Assembly: GCA_008632985.1 (NCBI GenBank)
Contig: QPGO01000338.1
Span: forward strand, 1-52,165
Direction: 5' to 3'
Length of the DNA: 52,165 nt
DNA from: Psammoneis japonica
Lineage: Eukaryota
In this document: piece by piece, positions 1 to 12,082 of the stretch
Numbering within the stretch: position 1 is the first letter of the stretch
Layout of the letters: each line of letters starts with the position of its first letter
Translations under genes and position numbers: made by a program
Notes under the pieces: model-generated
What the model was told of the DNA's origin: nothing
Database searches by the model: none
Seen by the model: only the letters and a program-made list of their open reading frames with translations

Positions 1-14
1 ACCGCACATGTGAA

Positions 15-2438
15 TTACTTCAAGCCTTTTGACGTGGCCGCGCGATTAGCTCCTTGCAATCGACTTATTTCGTACCACTGTTCGATATGATTATTGGCAC
101 CATTGAGGCGGAGCTTGAAGATTTCATTAGCGTGCTTCTTGCGGTTCTTAGGGCTGATGTCAGAGGACTCCAAGATCTCAAGGTCCTTTTCTTCAAGCAG
201 GATTACCTTGTCTTTGGCCGTAGTATCTACCAAAAACCGCTTGTTGGCCAGGTAGGCAAAAGAATGTTTCGATCTTTTACCATTCTTTTTCAACTTAGTA
301 GCAACGTAATAGTAGCCCTGCTTTCGAGTGAGGACAGCAACTTTGGAGTTATTGAGTTGCGGGTCAGTAATCAGTGATACCCGGAAACCAATGGAGCGAA
401 CGAAGGATTCCATGTCGCGCAGTATGGTCCATTCCCCATTGTGAGACAATGAGCTGCGAACATACTTCTCCAGTTGCTTGATCCCAATAAACTGGCCATC
501 GGGGGTTCGAATACCTTCACTTTTTTCGTCATTCAGGATGGAGCTGATAATGGTCACCACTGTATCTGGCACACAGGTACCTTTACGCGTCACGGGGATT
601 TCGATTCCAGCATTTCTGGCTATTTTGCGATCCACCAGAAGGGCGCCAGAAGACCGTGCCGCTCGTTTCTGACTACGAGAAAGTGGCTTCTTTTGCCGCT
701 GAAGACTTTCCTCTCGTCGTTGTTTCTTCGACGCCGGCAATTCCGATCCATTCGATTCTGTACTATCGTCGTTGTCGTTTGGAGGAAGATAGTCATCATC
801 ATTGTGCGTCATACCAAAGTCATCATAATCGTTCGGGGTGGCTGAACGGCCGTTTTCATTGATTCCATTTCTTTTCGATACGGCTCCGCCCTCGCCGTGA
901 TTTTCTACCATCTCAACGGCCTTTCGCTTCCCATTCCTACTATCACTAGAGCTTGGATTCGAAGAGGTAGCGGTACCCGTTCGTTGAGGCTTGTGCGAAT
1001 TCGTCAGCTGCACTACCTGCTGCTGCCTATCCGTCGGCAGGACTGCGCTTGCAGCTCGTTGAAGCGGTTGCGAATTCGTCGGAGGATTCGTACCGTCTCC
1101 TCCTGGTCTGTGCAGCTGCTCTTGTCGCGGTTGCGCAATCGTACCCGCTCGTTGCTCTTGATTGATGTTTGTCGCATCTCGCAGCGGAGCCAACACCTTG
1201 TGCGAATTCGTCTGCTGCACTACACGCTGCTGCCTATTCGTCAACGGTACCACGCTTGCAGCTGGCGGACGATTCCTACCGTCTCCCGCTGCTTGGTGCT
1301 GCTGCACTTGTCGCGGTTGCGCATTCATACCCGCTCGTTGCCCTTGTGGCGGACGATTCCTACCGTCTCCCGCTGCTTGGTGCTGCTGCACTTGTCGCGG
1401 TTGCGCATTCATACCCGCTCGTTGCCCTTGTGGCGGACGATTCCTACCGTCTCTCGCTGCTTGGTGCTGCTGCACTTTCGGTGGTTTCGCATTCATACCC
1501 ACTCGTTGCCCTTGTGGCGGACGATTCCTACCGTCTCCCGCTGCTTGGTGCTCCTGCACTTGTCGCGGTTTCGCATTCGTACCCGCTCGTTGCGGACGAT
1601 TCGCACCGTCTCCCGCTGCTTGGTGCTGCTGCACTTTCGGTGGTTTCGCATTCATACCCGCTCGTTGCCCTTGTGGCGGACGATTCGTACCGTCTCCTGA
1701 TGGTTGGTGCTGTTGCACTTGTCGCGGTTTCGCATTCGTACCCACTCGTTGCGGACGATTCGCACCGTCTCCCGCTGCTTGGTGCTGCTGCTCTTGTTGC
1801 GGTCTCGCAGCGTCAAAGTTCTTCGGATACAGAGTGCACTTGTCATGCATCATGAAATGAGTATACGCATGAATGTTGTAGTTGGCGTTGCGATTGAGAC
1901 CATGTGGTATCGTTTGGGCTGGTCCAATATCAGGTTTGACACCGTGCGGTAAGATCGCGACGACCGCCACAAGCTGCCCCGATGCTAGAGGCATCGTCAT
2001 GCGAGAGTCTTTGCATATTTCGATTCGTTCGTCATTCCATTTCAATCCTGATGCATCATTTCCCTCATTGGCAAGACAGAGAGCCTTGACATTTGGGCCG
2101 ACGTCTTTCCATGCGACGCCAATTTCGGAGAGAGGGACTGACGCTTTGCTTCGGAAGTGATAATCCTTCCACTCGTAGAGAATGTCATGGTTCACAGGAG
2201 TGTGGCTTGCCACCACCACTGCTCTGACACTTCGGTAGTACCCTCCACCAGAGGCAGATTCAGATGGGGCTTTGTGCGTAGCGCCGAGCAAATAGACGCG
2301 CGAATCGGGGAATTTCTGCAGAAGAAAATCCACTTGATGCTGGAGCTTGGGAAGTTCCTTTCTGCAATCAAGGGTGTAGGTGTGATATTTCGAGCCTTGT
2401 CGAAAGAGATACAACGAATTAAAGGTAGAGGAAGCCAT
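15..2438 (-). CDS. Large repeat-containing protein with Gln/Pro/Gly/Arg-rich tandem repeats and a possible C-terminal papain-like (Cys-His-Asp) domain; probably has upstream exon(s)
   Basis: 807-aa open frame. C-terminus has GTCVPD...KHSFAY...FLVD spacing. The frame stays open upstream to ~2553 through another repeat unit, and a GTAAGC...GCTAAC...CAG intron-like segment lies at ~2635-2559 on the minus strand. Confidence 0.6.
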   Translation of the reverse strand: MASSTFNSLYLFRQGSKYHTYTLDCRKELPKLQHQVDFLLQKFPDSRVYLLGATHKAPSESASGGGYYRSVRAVVVASHTPVNHDILYEWKDYHFRSKASVPLSEIGVAWKDVGPNVKALCLANEGNDASGLKWNDERIEICKDSRMTMPLASGQLVAVVAILPHGVKPDIGPAQTIPHGLNRNANYNIHAYTHFMMHDKCTLYPKNFDAARPQQEQQHQAAGDGANRPQRVGTNAKPRQVQQHQPSGDGTNRPPQGQRAGMNAKPPKVQQHQAAGDGANRPQRAGTNAKPRQVQEHQAAGDGRNRPPQGQRVGMNAKPPKVQQHQAARDGRNRPPQGQRAGMNAQPRQVQQHQAAGDGRNRPPQGQRAGMNAQPRQVQQHQAAGDGRNRPPAASVVPLTNRQQRVVQQTNSHKVLAPLRDATNINQEQRAGTIAQPRQEQLHRPGGDGTNPPTNSQPLQRAASAVLPTDRQQQVVQLTNSHKPQRTGTATSSNPSSSDSRNGKRKAVEMVENHGEGGAVSKRNGINENGRSATPNDYDDFGMTHNDDDYLPPNDNDDSTESNGSELPASKKQRREESLQRQKKPLSRSQKRAARSSGALLVDRKIARNAGIEIPVTRKGTCVPDTVVTIISSILNDEKSEGIRTPDGQFIGIKQLEKYVRSSLSHNGEWTILRDMESFVRSIGFRVSLITDPQLNNSKVAVLTRKQGYYYVATKLKKNGKRSKHSFAYLANKRFLVDTTAKDKVILLEEKDLEILESSDISPKNRKKHANEIFKLRLNGANNHIEQWYEISRLQGANRAATSKGLK
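1265..1800 (-). repeat. Coding tandem repeat, 84-bp (28 aa) and 75-bp (25 aa) units, about 7 copies
   Basis: TTC(C/G)(T/C)ACCGTCTC anchors at 1273, 1357, 1441, 1525, 1600, 1684 and 1759; unit QVQQHQAAGDGRNRPPQGQRAGMNAQPR. Degenerate copies at ~1087-1155 and ~2470-2530. Confidence 0.95.
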
Positions 2439-3169
2439 GTTGAGTGATGATGGTTGCTCTTGTGGTAGACGAATCGTACCGTCTCTCGATGGCTGGTGCT
2501 GCTGCTCTTTTTGCGGTTGCGCAATCGTACAGTCCGTGTGTATCTTCTGGTTCTAGAAGCTGCAAAAGCACCAATAACAGCGGTTAGCATGATCGATGAT
2601 CATAATGAATACTTGCAAGACAAAGCGTCGCTTACCTCAAACGGTGTCGACGGAGACGTGATGGTGTTGGCTGATGTGTTTCAAATCTCGTGTGAAAGCG
2701 TCAAGCTTCTCACTGATATTCAGTGATTTCCTTGCGATTCTACACGAAACAAAGAACAACAGCTTAATTAGATAAGGCAACGACAGGCAGCAACGGGACG
2801 AAGCTGCAAGGAGCAACACTTACACTCGTATCACGAGCAACAATAAAACCAACGGCGAGATTTTTGGGAAAATGGAGACACGCATGATCGGAGGAGTCTT
2901 TTCGTTTCTCTGAAGGCGACGCAAAGCGAAGGCAATTCGGATTATTTCCGAACGAACTCTGAGACGTCATATACATAAGGATGATGATAATATATACGTA
3001 TAAGAACTCGAATATAGAATGATAAAAAGTAGTCAACGGTCAAAAATTCAAAATCCGGAGCGAGAGACACACGGACGGACCAGGAACGAATGTTTCGATC
3101 GTGTACTGTAGGTCTCGGTATATTTTCTACTCATTCAGTAGACAGTGTACGATCCTGTACGTACGTATC

Positions 3170-5583
3170 CCAGTGCTGACTGTCCAAAGGAAGCGAGACA
3201 TTGATCCGTAGGTGCTGTTGTCCTGCTTTTCTACAACACAAGCTGCAGCAAAGCTACAGCGTGACGGGGTGCCGACCAAGAGGTCGACCAGCGCATTCTA
3301 AGGATTGCCCAAAGAGACAGCAGTCAAGAAGGTGGATGTCATCATTGCTGGGTGTGTTTTGTGCATGAGTTTTTGACTCACTGTTTCATTTCAACGCTGC
3401 CGATTCCTGCACTCCAACAGTGTCAACAACCTTTGTTTTTAGCCGGGTTCGCAAAATTTGCAGCAGTCGCAACAACAGCAGCAGTCACAAGAGTTGCGGC
3501 AGTGGTCGCAAGAGCTGAAGCAGCCGTCGTTCTTCCGTGCCCTGTGGAACACGCTGTCAATGACTGAAGTCAGAAACAATGCCACAGAGATGAGCTCCAG
3601 GACAAAAGCAATGTTTGCAATGCAACAGAACCACGACCAGCTGCTCCAACACCATAGACTCCCATGCTCCTGCACAGCTGATCCAGTGCCACCTGCTCCC
3701 TGTGCCACCCAGCTGCAAAACTTTGACAATCAAAACCACCTTTGAGGGCAGGTGAGCCCCATCACAACGGAGATTCGGGTCTGCAGCGGTTGAAGGCAAT
3801 TCCGTCCTTGGAAGCACCAGTCAACGCCTTGCCGGGGAGCAACCCCTTGGCTCTCGTCGGCCGTCTCAATGTTCAGAGGTGGGGCCACATGAACATTGTT
3901 GCAGAAAAAAATTGCCGAGGCGCTGCTGCAGTCAGCAACCTCGGCAGTGGCCCGTGTCATTTAAAGACGAGGGCAACCTCGTCTGCCGCTTGTGCGCGGA
4001 CTTTTCCAGCCAAAGTGGCAGATTGCAGATAAAAAAAAAGACACAAACCGCACCCAGAATCAACGCATGGACATCAATCTCTTCAAGTGGCGTGTCAATG
4101 GCACCTGAGGCAGCGCCGCAAGCAGCGACACTGCAAAAATCCTGAAACGCCACCCCGATGACTGGCAAACCCTCATTGATGACTGGAGAAGAGTCGACTG
4201 GAACCACAATGATTGCAGTGCAAAACATCAGCGTGCGAGACGCCATCAATGCTCAGTGCTTAAAGGAGGGCTCTTCAATCTGTCAAACAGAAATTGCAAC
4301 GCAAGAGTGAGAGACGAGTTCTAAAAATGGCAAAAGTGCCAACGCATTTCTCATCCATTTTTCACGTTTTTCATGCCTCTCTTTTTGCACATTCGTTTGT
4401 CAGAGAGTGTTTTGATGCGTGCTTTGTTGTCACGGCAGCATCACAAGTGACGGCGACAATTTCAACCACCGGCTCTTGCAGCTGTCATGGTCGATTTCTT
4501 GTTTGGTGTCAGAGGGAAACTCCTGAATTGCGCAGAATGTTGCGCAGAAATCACACCATGAACACTTCAACACCACAATGTCATTTCAGTGTGAGGCACT
4601 GATTTACTTCAACGCACGAGTCACCCGGAGATCTGACACATCGGGCTGCAAAAATGGGGAAAGAAGTGAGGATCGTTCTTCAAACCACTTCCGCAATTTA
4701 GATCAAGCTCGCTTCCCTCGCAACCCCTTCCTCTCTCCTTCCTTTCTCTCCTCTTCCTCCTTCTTTCTCCTCTCCCCTCCCCCCCTCTCTTGGAGTCACT
4801 GACCCCCCCCAAATCAGTCACGAACCACCAGCCGGTCGAACGCTTGCCACTGCTGTAGTTTCTCCATCGTTGCCGTTTCCAACAACTGATCTTGTTGTTT
4901 GCTTGTGTGGATTTGTCGCTGGCTTTGTCCCACAGATGTTGCACACACATCGATCCGTCTCCGGGTGTGGAGCAATTGTTTCATTTCTAGCATTCTGCTC
5001 CCGCAGGTGCTTGGACAGAAAACACTCGCCGGTGTCCGCCTCGAGTTCCCTTGCATCTGGACAGGGCGCTTTCTTCCCCTTCTTTGTTGCTAGCTTGTTG
5101 ATTTCAATTAGATTGAGCACGTTCCGATGAGTGGCCACACCCCGAAAATCGCATGGAATCTTTGCTCGAGTCTCTGGATTCATTCGTTCAACGCATTCCT
5201 TTTCTTCAATTGTGGCGTTGTAGAGAACCAAACCTTCCAGAGTGATCAAATCCATCAATGAATCTCGCATCCCACAGTTTCCACAATGAGCCAGCGAATC
5301 ATGAGCCTTTTCCAACTTTGACTCCGGCCCGAGTGATGTCCGCCACTTCACCAGCTTCGCTCTTGAATGGAGCGATGGAGCCACTGGCCAGTGCTGCTCT
5401 GACTTTGGCACTGGAACGTCCAATCCCTTGGATGTTTCTCTTCCATTTGCCACGGCATCCTTTGCATCACTTGCAAAGAGTGTCAAACCACTGTTTGGAT
5501 CAAGACGTCCCCCAGCGGGTCGCGATCCAACAGAAGCCGCACACTTGTGTCGGGCGTGCCAATCGTCAAGCAAGCTGATTCTC
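3170..5583. other. TpA-depleted block I (CpG largely retained), probably decayed transposon DNA
   Basis: Only a handful of TA dinucleotides in ~2.4 kb by eye; ORF translations almost lack Tyr; abrupt edges (TA-rich GTACGTACGTAT at ~3157-3168, OSCA coding sequence from 5585). Confidence 0.85.
4818..5573 (-). pseudogene. C-terminal fragment of a putative DNA-transposon (possibly MULE-like) transposase, hypermutated
   Basis: LDPNSGLTLF...WRTSLGPESKLEKAHDSL resembles the 'D.KTG..LF' and 'RG.N.LE..H..L' segments of DUF6729/MULE-type proteins (recalled, not searched). Cys-rich tail CVCNICG. Confidence 0.35.
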
Positions 5584-5584
5584 T

Positions 5585-8562
5585 TTACGGCTCCACAAAG
5601 GTCAAATGAATGTAAAAATGGACGTAAAAGGTGATAAGGAGTAGTGATAGAAATATACCACCAGTGGCCGGTGATTCATGAGCGAACAAGTACCCAGCTA
5701 ACACGAGAATGATTAGGTACAGAACCCAAAACAGAATCGTCGAACGCGTGAAGAATAGAAACCCTCCGCCTTCGTACTTGTTACCGTAGATGTAGAGAGC
5801 CATGTACCTTACAACCTTGTACGCCAACAGGAAGAAGCCTGTCACAAAGATGCCACTGAGCGGTGCAATGACTCCGTACAAGGCTCCCACCATGAAAACA
5901 AAAACGAACAACGGTATGAATTCGTCCTTGTGAAATATCTGCGAAAGAAAGAAGAGTACCTCGCGGCTTTTGGTGGGATGCTGCTTGAAAACAACGGCAA
6001 AACCGGAATGCGAGGAAATCTAGCGTACCTTCATATTAGTCCTTAGTTTGTCGAGTCTTCGCTGAGACAAAGACTCTTCGCGCACAATGTTGTGAAGGTA
6101 GAAGAAGGCAACGACATTGTGTATTTGTGACAGTCTTAAGAGAAGCAGTGCCGCTGTAATAATGACATAGCAAATGAAAAACTGAGAGCTGGATGCGACC
6201 TTCTCGCTGACCTCTAGCAGCCAGCCAACGGGGTCGTCAATCAGGTCGTCACTCTGAGCCACTTAATCGTTACCGATAATCACAAAGATAAAGGTAAAGA
6301 GCCGAAAGGCAAAGTACCAACGAAGAATGAAATGGTCGGTCTCGCTAGCAGATTTGAAGCGAACCCATTCGCAAAGGAGCTTAATCAAGAACGGCACTGT
6401 TCTGACAAGAGCTTCGACTAATAGCGCGGGAAGATACACATTCAGAAGGGCAACGACAGATACGTTCTGAGCATTGAACCAGTCGCTATACTCGTTGTAG
6501 CCACGAATAACTGACACCAAAAATGACCACAATAGCAAACCTCCAGTGAGTACAACGCTTGCCCACATCATGCGTGTAACGATCAGCGCTCTATGGAAAA
6601 TAATATAAAAGGGGATGAACCAACCAACAGATAAGATAGCATGAACAGAGAAGAGAAAAGGGCAAATCAACAAACGAACCTTGACACGTGCTCGTTGCCC
6701 CATATGATATCTCGCACTTCAGGTACAGGCGTCAGAATTATTCTTTTTTCATCCCCACCATATTACACTGAATGGCTTGCTGCTTCGTAGTAAGTGATCG
6801 GAGCTCCACGAAAGCCGTACTCGAATGAACATCGTCGTTGTTTGACCCTGTCAGATAGTTCCATCCGAGCTTCCGAGCTAAAGAAGGCTTCTTCTTTTTC
6901 GGAATCTCTCGTCGTTGTTCTTGCGCCAATCGAATGTATTCGGAATCAATTTCATGATTCATTTGTTGAATTATTCTGCATGGTTGAGGAAAGCAGAAAT
7001 GTAAGAACAAGCAAATCTCTTACGTGACGACTGCGATTTGGTGCTGTACTTACTCGTACCGGTAGTGGTACTGAAGCGCCGGATATGTCCTTGTGTCTTG
7101 AACGGTCCCATTTACTGGGGTTCTGTCCAGAACTTTGTTTCCGTGGTTTTCTCGAGTCTCCTGTCGAACGACAATAGTCATTGGTTCTTTCGGCTCGTGC
7201 GGTTGCTTGGTGACAAGGCAGCATCTCTTCACGACTCCACTCTTATTGCTGTCATCTATGTACCGAAAATAATTCGCAAGCTTGTGTACTTTCTTTGCAT
7301 ACACGTTTTCGTATGCCACGATATGTTTTAAGCGAGTCTGGATCAGTTTTCTGAGGTGCTCATTGTTCAACAGCACTTCCGCATGTTTAATCTGTCCTGG
7401 AAAGATGTCGTCAAAGAATGCATGTAGAGCTTTATCATGTCTCTGAAAAGTCGGAACGTATTCTACCAGAGCCGTCTCGCGATACTGTTTCTTGTAATTC
7501 TCTTGAGAAAAATCACCATTCTCAAGGAAGTCGTATCGCAGTGGCAGGAAGAGTTCCCATTCTGTCCACAGTCTTCGCAGAATATACAGAAACTGCATAT
7601 AGAGCAAAGCCATCACAATCCAAAACCTCCAGCTTCCACTCTCTACAGCCATGATCGTCGTGCTATGAAAGCCAGAAGAAGCTTGACCATTTCCTGTTCG
7701 ATAAAGTGGAAGCAAAAGAGGAAGCGAAATAAACAAAGGCCAAAGGGATGCATGGAAACCGAATAGGAGGAATCGGAGTGTCATGAACGCATCAAGCCCG
7801 ACACACCGCAACAGCTCTTGATCCTCTGCTGACAAGGGGCGTCGTGCTATTTCCTCGGATAAAAATAGTCTTGTCGTTCACTCTGACGAGGCTCCTTGTC
7901 TTGAATCAGCAACACCCGTCTCTTTATGAATTTGAGCAAAGCATATATTGCTCGTCTGTCCCAATCTGTTGAAGTCCCTTCCTGTGAGAATCGCAGTTTT
8001 GCAAGTCAATTTGCTTCTTCTGTGCCAATTGTGATATCGCCGTCGTTGCTCTGAGCACTCTTTACTGATTTTCGCATGCGGTTCTTGAATCGAACTCGTA
8101 GTGACGACTTAATCGAGGTGGAATCAACGCTCTTTGTCGCACAAATATGCGTTCGAAGGATACTCCCTAGTTTCGTATTCTTCTCTTTCTTGGACTTTAG
8201 CTGGTGTCCTTCTCCGAACTCGGACGACGACTCGGGTATTGTCTCGTCCTTTGTCAGCATACCATCGCCGAGTTTGTCGGCACAGAAATCTTCGCATTGC
8301 TTTTCATCGCATGACTCACATCCTATGACATGTTCGTAGATGACATTGCCTCCATATCTTCAATCTCGTGGTCATCATCTTGGCAAGGGTCAAAAAACGG
8401 TGATTCTCTGAAGCAGACCCGCTCCGCTTTTTCTAAGTAGGGATCATCGTTCCATTTTTTGGTGTCGTTGTGCAGCGCTAACCGACGCTGCTCTTTTCCT
8501 TGCGAGCTTCCTCCACACAGAGTTTGCGGTATTCTGTATCTGACAAACGAAATCGCCACCAT
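5585..8562 (-). pseudogene. OSCA/CSC1/TMEM63 (ERD4-like) osmosensitive Ca2+ channel, fragmented and 3'-truncated
   Basis: ELLRCVGLDAFMTLRFL, STAFVEL, PEVRDIIW and YIYGNKYEGGG motifs plus many TM segments, spread over ORFs 7050-7835, 6738-7010, 6263-6703, 6020-6262 and 5585-5911 with stops and frameshifts. Ends abruptly at block I. The 5' limit is approximate. Confidence 0.85.
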
Positions 8563-9119
8563 TCAAAGCCCAACCATCCGTTCAAAGGGCCACTGCGCTT
8601 TCTGAGAGGTGGTGGCATTCGCTTTGCATAAACTTCCCGTCAGTAAACTGATTCCACAAACTTGTTCCTTCTTGCGCATTCAAACACCAACAAAAAGAAG
8701 ACACCTTCGACTATTGTAATTGCAATAGAGACATATATCGGTTGCCTGTATCACACATCATGATGAACAGCGAGTACGGCATACCATGGCATTATTGGAA
8801 GGTAAGAGTTCGAGCTCAGTCACTGCATTTGGTGTTCATGAATCAAGTAAGACTTACCATGATGCATTTGCATCCTCCAATTGCACTGTATCATCATTGA
8901 GACCGCCGATGTTGCTGGTCATGGCGTCGAAATAATGACTCGGTCCCGCTTTGACGCTCTTCGACTCCGATCCGTTGCTTCGTGCTTACGCTTCAAAAAA
9001 GGCAAACGAGCAAGAACGAGCCGACGTGGCGGGCGTGTGGATGCGGTGGCGGATGACGACTTGAGTCTTGAGTTGGTCACATCCTGACGCCTTCATGCGC
9101 TTTGCTTTTATGTACGGCT

Positions 9120-11615
9120 GTTTTCTGTTTTTCGGTCTTGGGGACAGACCAAACAACACAGAGCAGGCAGCAGCACGTGCATGCATTCATTGCATTTAAA
9201 ACTCACACTGATGCAAGAATCAAAGCACAGCATTGCTTCTTTTAAAAAGCAGTGTGGAGCTCTTTGCTAAGTTCATCAGAAAGAGGAGATGTCCAGCTGC
9301 GGGCATGGCTGCTCGGATCTCTGTGAGTTGGTCTGCTCTGTTTTCCACTTGAGTGCTGGCGCATGTTGGGTTCCACCTGCAATCTGACCTGAGCTTTTGC
9401 CACTCTTTTGTGCCAGCCGTCTTTGGCCCGCTGCATTGCTTGGTGCCCTGTTGAAGCCAATTCGTGCATGATTGCACACTGTGATCTCAGCAACCAGCGG
9501 CTTTTCTCACCACCACACTTCAGCTGCATTTCTCTTGCCAGCAGCATCTCTGTGTGACCTCTGGGCTCATCCTCCCATGTTGCACCATTCAACAAAGGAT
9601 GGCAACTGATGAAAAAGTTGCTTGTGACAGCCCCCAGATGTTGTTGAGAGCTGACTTGAGTGTGTCAAAAGGTGCTTCTTTCTGCTCTCCCCCGCAAGGC
9701 ATCCGTGCAAACACTTGTTCCATGGGTGGCTCCAACAGCCAGAGAGCAGAGCAGATCATGACATTTGAAGCACTGTTTTTCCGACAATTTGTTCAATGTG
9801 ATTCAAGTTCACAAGCACGCCACTCAAGTCAAATGCCTGTGTCATGTTTGTGTGCAAATGGCAGCAGTCTGCAGTGCACACACATCATGTCACCCAACTC
9901 TCTCCCCCCCCCCCCAACATCAACCCCCCATTTTGACCATTGCTTCCTGCAAAAAAAAGCATTTGAAGCCATCCACTGACAAAGCAAGTCATTGACATGG
10001 CAGCTCAATTGTTTGCAACCACCGGTGCTTGTTTCCAGCACACCGCAGCAGCAACCACCAGCCTGGTTCTTCTGCAGAGGCTTTCACTTCTTTGGCTGAT
10101 TTTTGCAGCAGCCAGAACTTTGCACTTGGACAGATGATCCATCTGTGGCTTCACATGTTGCCAACAAACCAAAAACTTTGTGCCCTTCCTTTTTGGTGGC
10201 ATCACATTTGTCAGCTTGCAGTTGCGCCACTGGCAAGCTGTGTGCAAAGTTCAAAGACATGCCAAACCCTGGCAAGGCACAAGAGAGGAGCACTTCAGGG
10301 TGCCACCATGACCAGGACACATGTTTGACACTGGCAACCCACTCCATGAACTTTGTTTTGAAATTTGCACTTGTGGCTGCCACCTTTTCTGGCTCTTCTT
10401 TGCTCACTTTCTGCTGCACAGTGTGTGGCGCTGGTTGAAGTGCAAGCAGCATGTGCCCACATGCATGTGTTTGTTTTGGATGGAGCAGGTTGGACTTGCA
10501 GCTCACATCAAGATCATTCAATGGCATCTGGACTGCATCAGTGCACTCAGCCCACATCGCTTGTGCTCTGCAACTTGCCTCTGTCTACAGCTGAGCACAA
10601 GGCTGGCTTTGCCCCTGCACAGTTTTCCCCTCTTTTTTGGAATGTGTCATTTTCTCTTCCTGTTGTGTGAACAACACCTGAAGGCTTTTCCAAATCCCAA
10701 ATGTCACACATGTTTGAGTCTCTTGTTTTGTCAGTTTTGGCCACTTTGTTCAAAAACAGTCACGAAATGATCTGTGCCATCTCTGAGCTGGCCATGTTGC
10801 AACTCCAGTCATTGTTGCTTGGATTTTGACTGACTGTCTTTTCCATCTCCTTGCTGGAAGCAGAGTGGGTGTCACTGCTGCAGTTTTGTTGCTGTCTGCT
10901 TGTGTCACAGCTGAGGGGTCAGGGCTGTCATTGCATGGCTCCTTGAGTTGATTGTCTTCAAAGCATCTGGCAAATGTGGAGCTATTTGGTCATTTCAGTG
11001 CCCCCTTTCTGTGGTGCTTTCCACCAACAAACTTGCTTTGGCTCACACATTTTGCACTGAGCTTTCACAACCGCTTTTGTTGTGAAGACTCAACTTGCAG
11101 CTGTGTTGTCTGTCAAAAGGAGCTTGATTCAATGAGGAGTCAGAGGAGAGTCTTTTCATTGTTGTCAGACATGCAATGAGGACAAAGCAATGAATTCAGC
11201 AGAAACACAAAAAATGCATGCAATGGACAGTTGGGATGAAACTCTTCCAAGCAAGTGAGTTGACTCTAAAAACAAGATGCTGGGCTGGAAAACAAAGCAT
11301 TGCAAACATGTGGTCTTTGGAAAAATTGACTGTCAACCCATCAACAAATGACAATTTTGGCACAGTGCCACATTTGCTGCTGAAAATGTGTCAAAAATTG
11401 TTTGGGAGAGCCCACAGTGGCTGCCTTGGCTGGTTTTTGAAAAATTGGAACACCTGTGAAAAGTGCAACCACACATGTGTGACTCTGCTTGTTTCAAGCA
11501 CAAAAAACAAATGTTGCAAACAACTCTAAGAAATGATGCAGCAGGCATGAAATCCCTTGCTGGAACAAGGGACTCTTCACAGAGAGGAGGAACGCGATGT
11601 CAAGTGCAAATTGGT
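9120..11615. other. TpA- and CpG-depleted hypermutated block II
   Basis: TA and CG are both nearly absent and TG/CA dominate; the short ORFs here are Tyr-free and rich in Cys, His and Gln. Confidence 0.9.
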
Positions 11616-12082
11616 GCACTCTAGTTGGTGACCAGGAAGATTGTGTTGTCCTTTATAGCAACTCTTGAGCCAGAAGATTTTCTATAGCTTTGACACCAGT
11701 GTGCATGCCGGTAGACAGTCGGGGGTGTCCATGATGTATGATGCTACTGTAGTGGCGATCTTTCTTTGACATGTGTTGCTGTTGTTTCGCGTTTCGTATT
11801 AACAGCGGCCGTTCTTCCATCTTCCGTTCAGTCTTGCTTGTGTCGTGCGCCAAACTCCTCCCTCTACTCTACTCTCTCTAGCTAGCTAGAGTAGAGAAGT
11901 AGTGGAGTAGTAACTAGAAGTACTGTCATTGAGTAGTGCCCCTGGCAGCTTTACAAGAAAGAGCATAGAGAGAGGGGGGGGAAGAGAGATACCGTACCGA
12001 TGACCAAAACTTCGACCTATTAAAAGAAACTACAACCTTAACATACACATTAAAACTACAATAATTTTGCGGTTCAACGCCG

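Noticed and set aside
1265..1800. Regularly spaced repeats resembling a CRISPR array
   Set aside because: Whole units are repeated with no unique spacers, lengths are multiples of 3 inside an ORF, and the context is eukaryotic with no cas genes.
897..1860. Long plus-strand ORFs with repeats
   Set aside because: Antisense shadows of the coding tandem repeat on the minus strand.
9220..11548. Dense overlapping Cys/His-rich ORFs on both strands (also in blocks III and IV)
   Set aside because: Artefact of TA loss, which removes TAA/TAG stops and converts Tyr to Cys/His; they are not metal-binding proteins.
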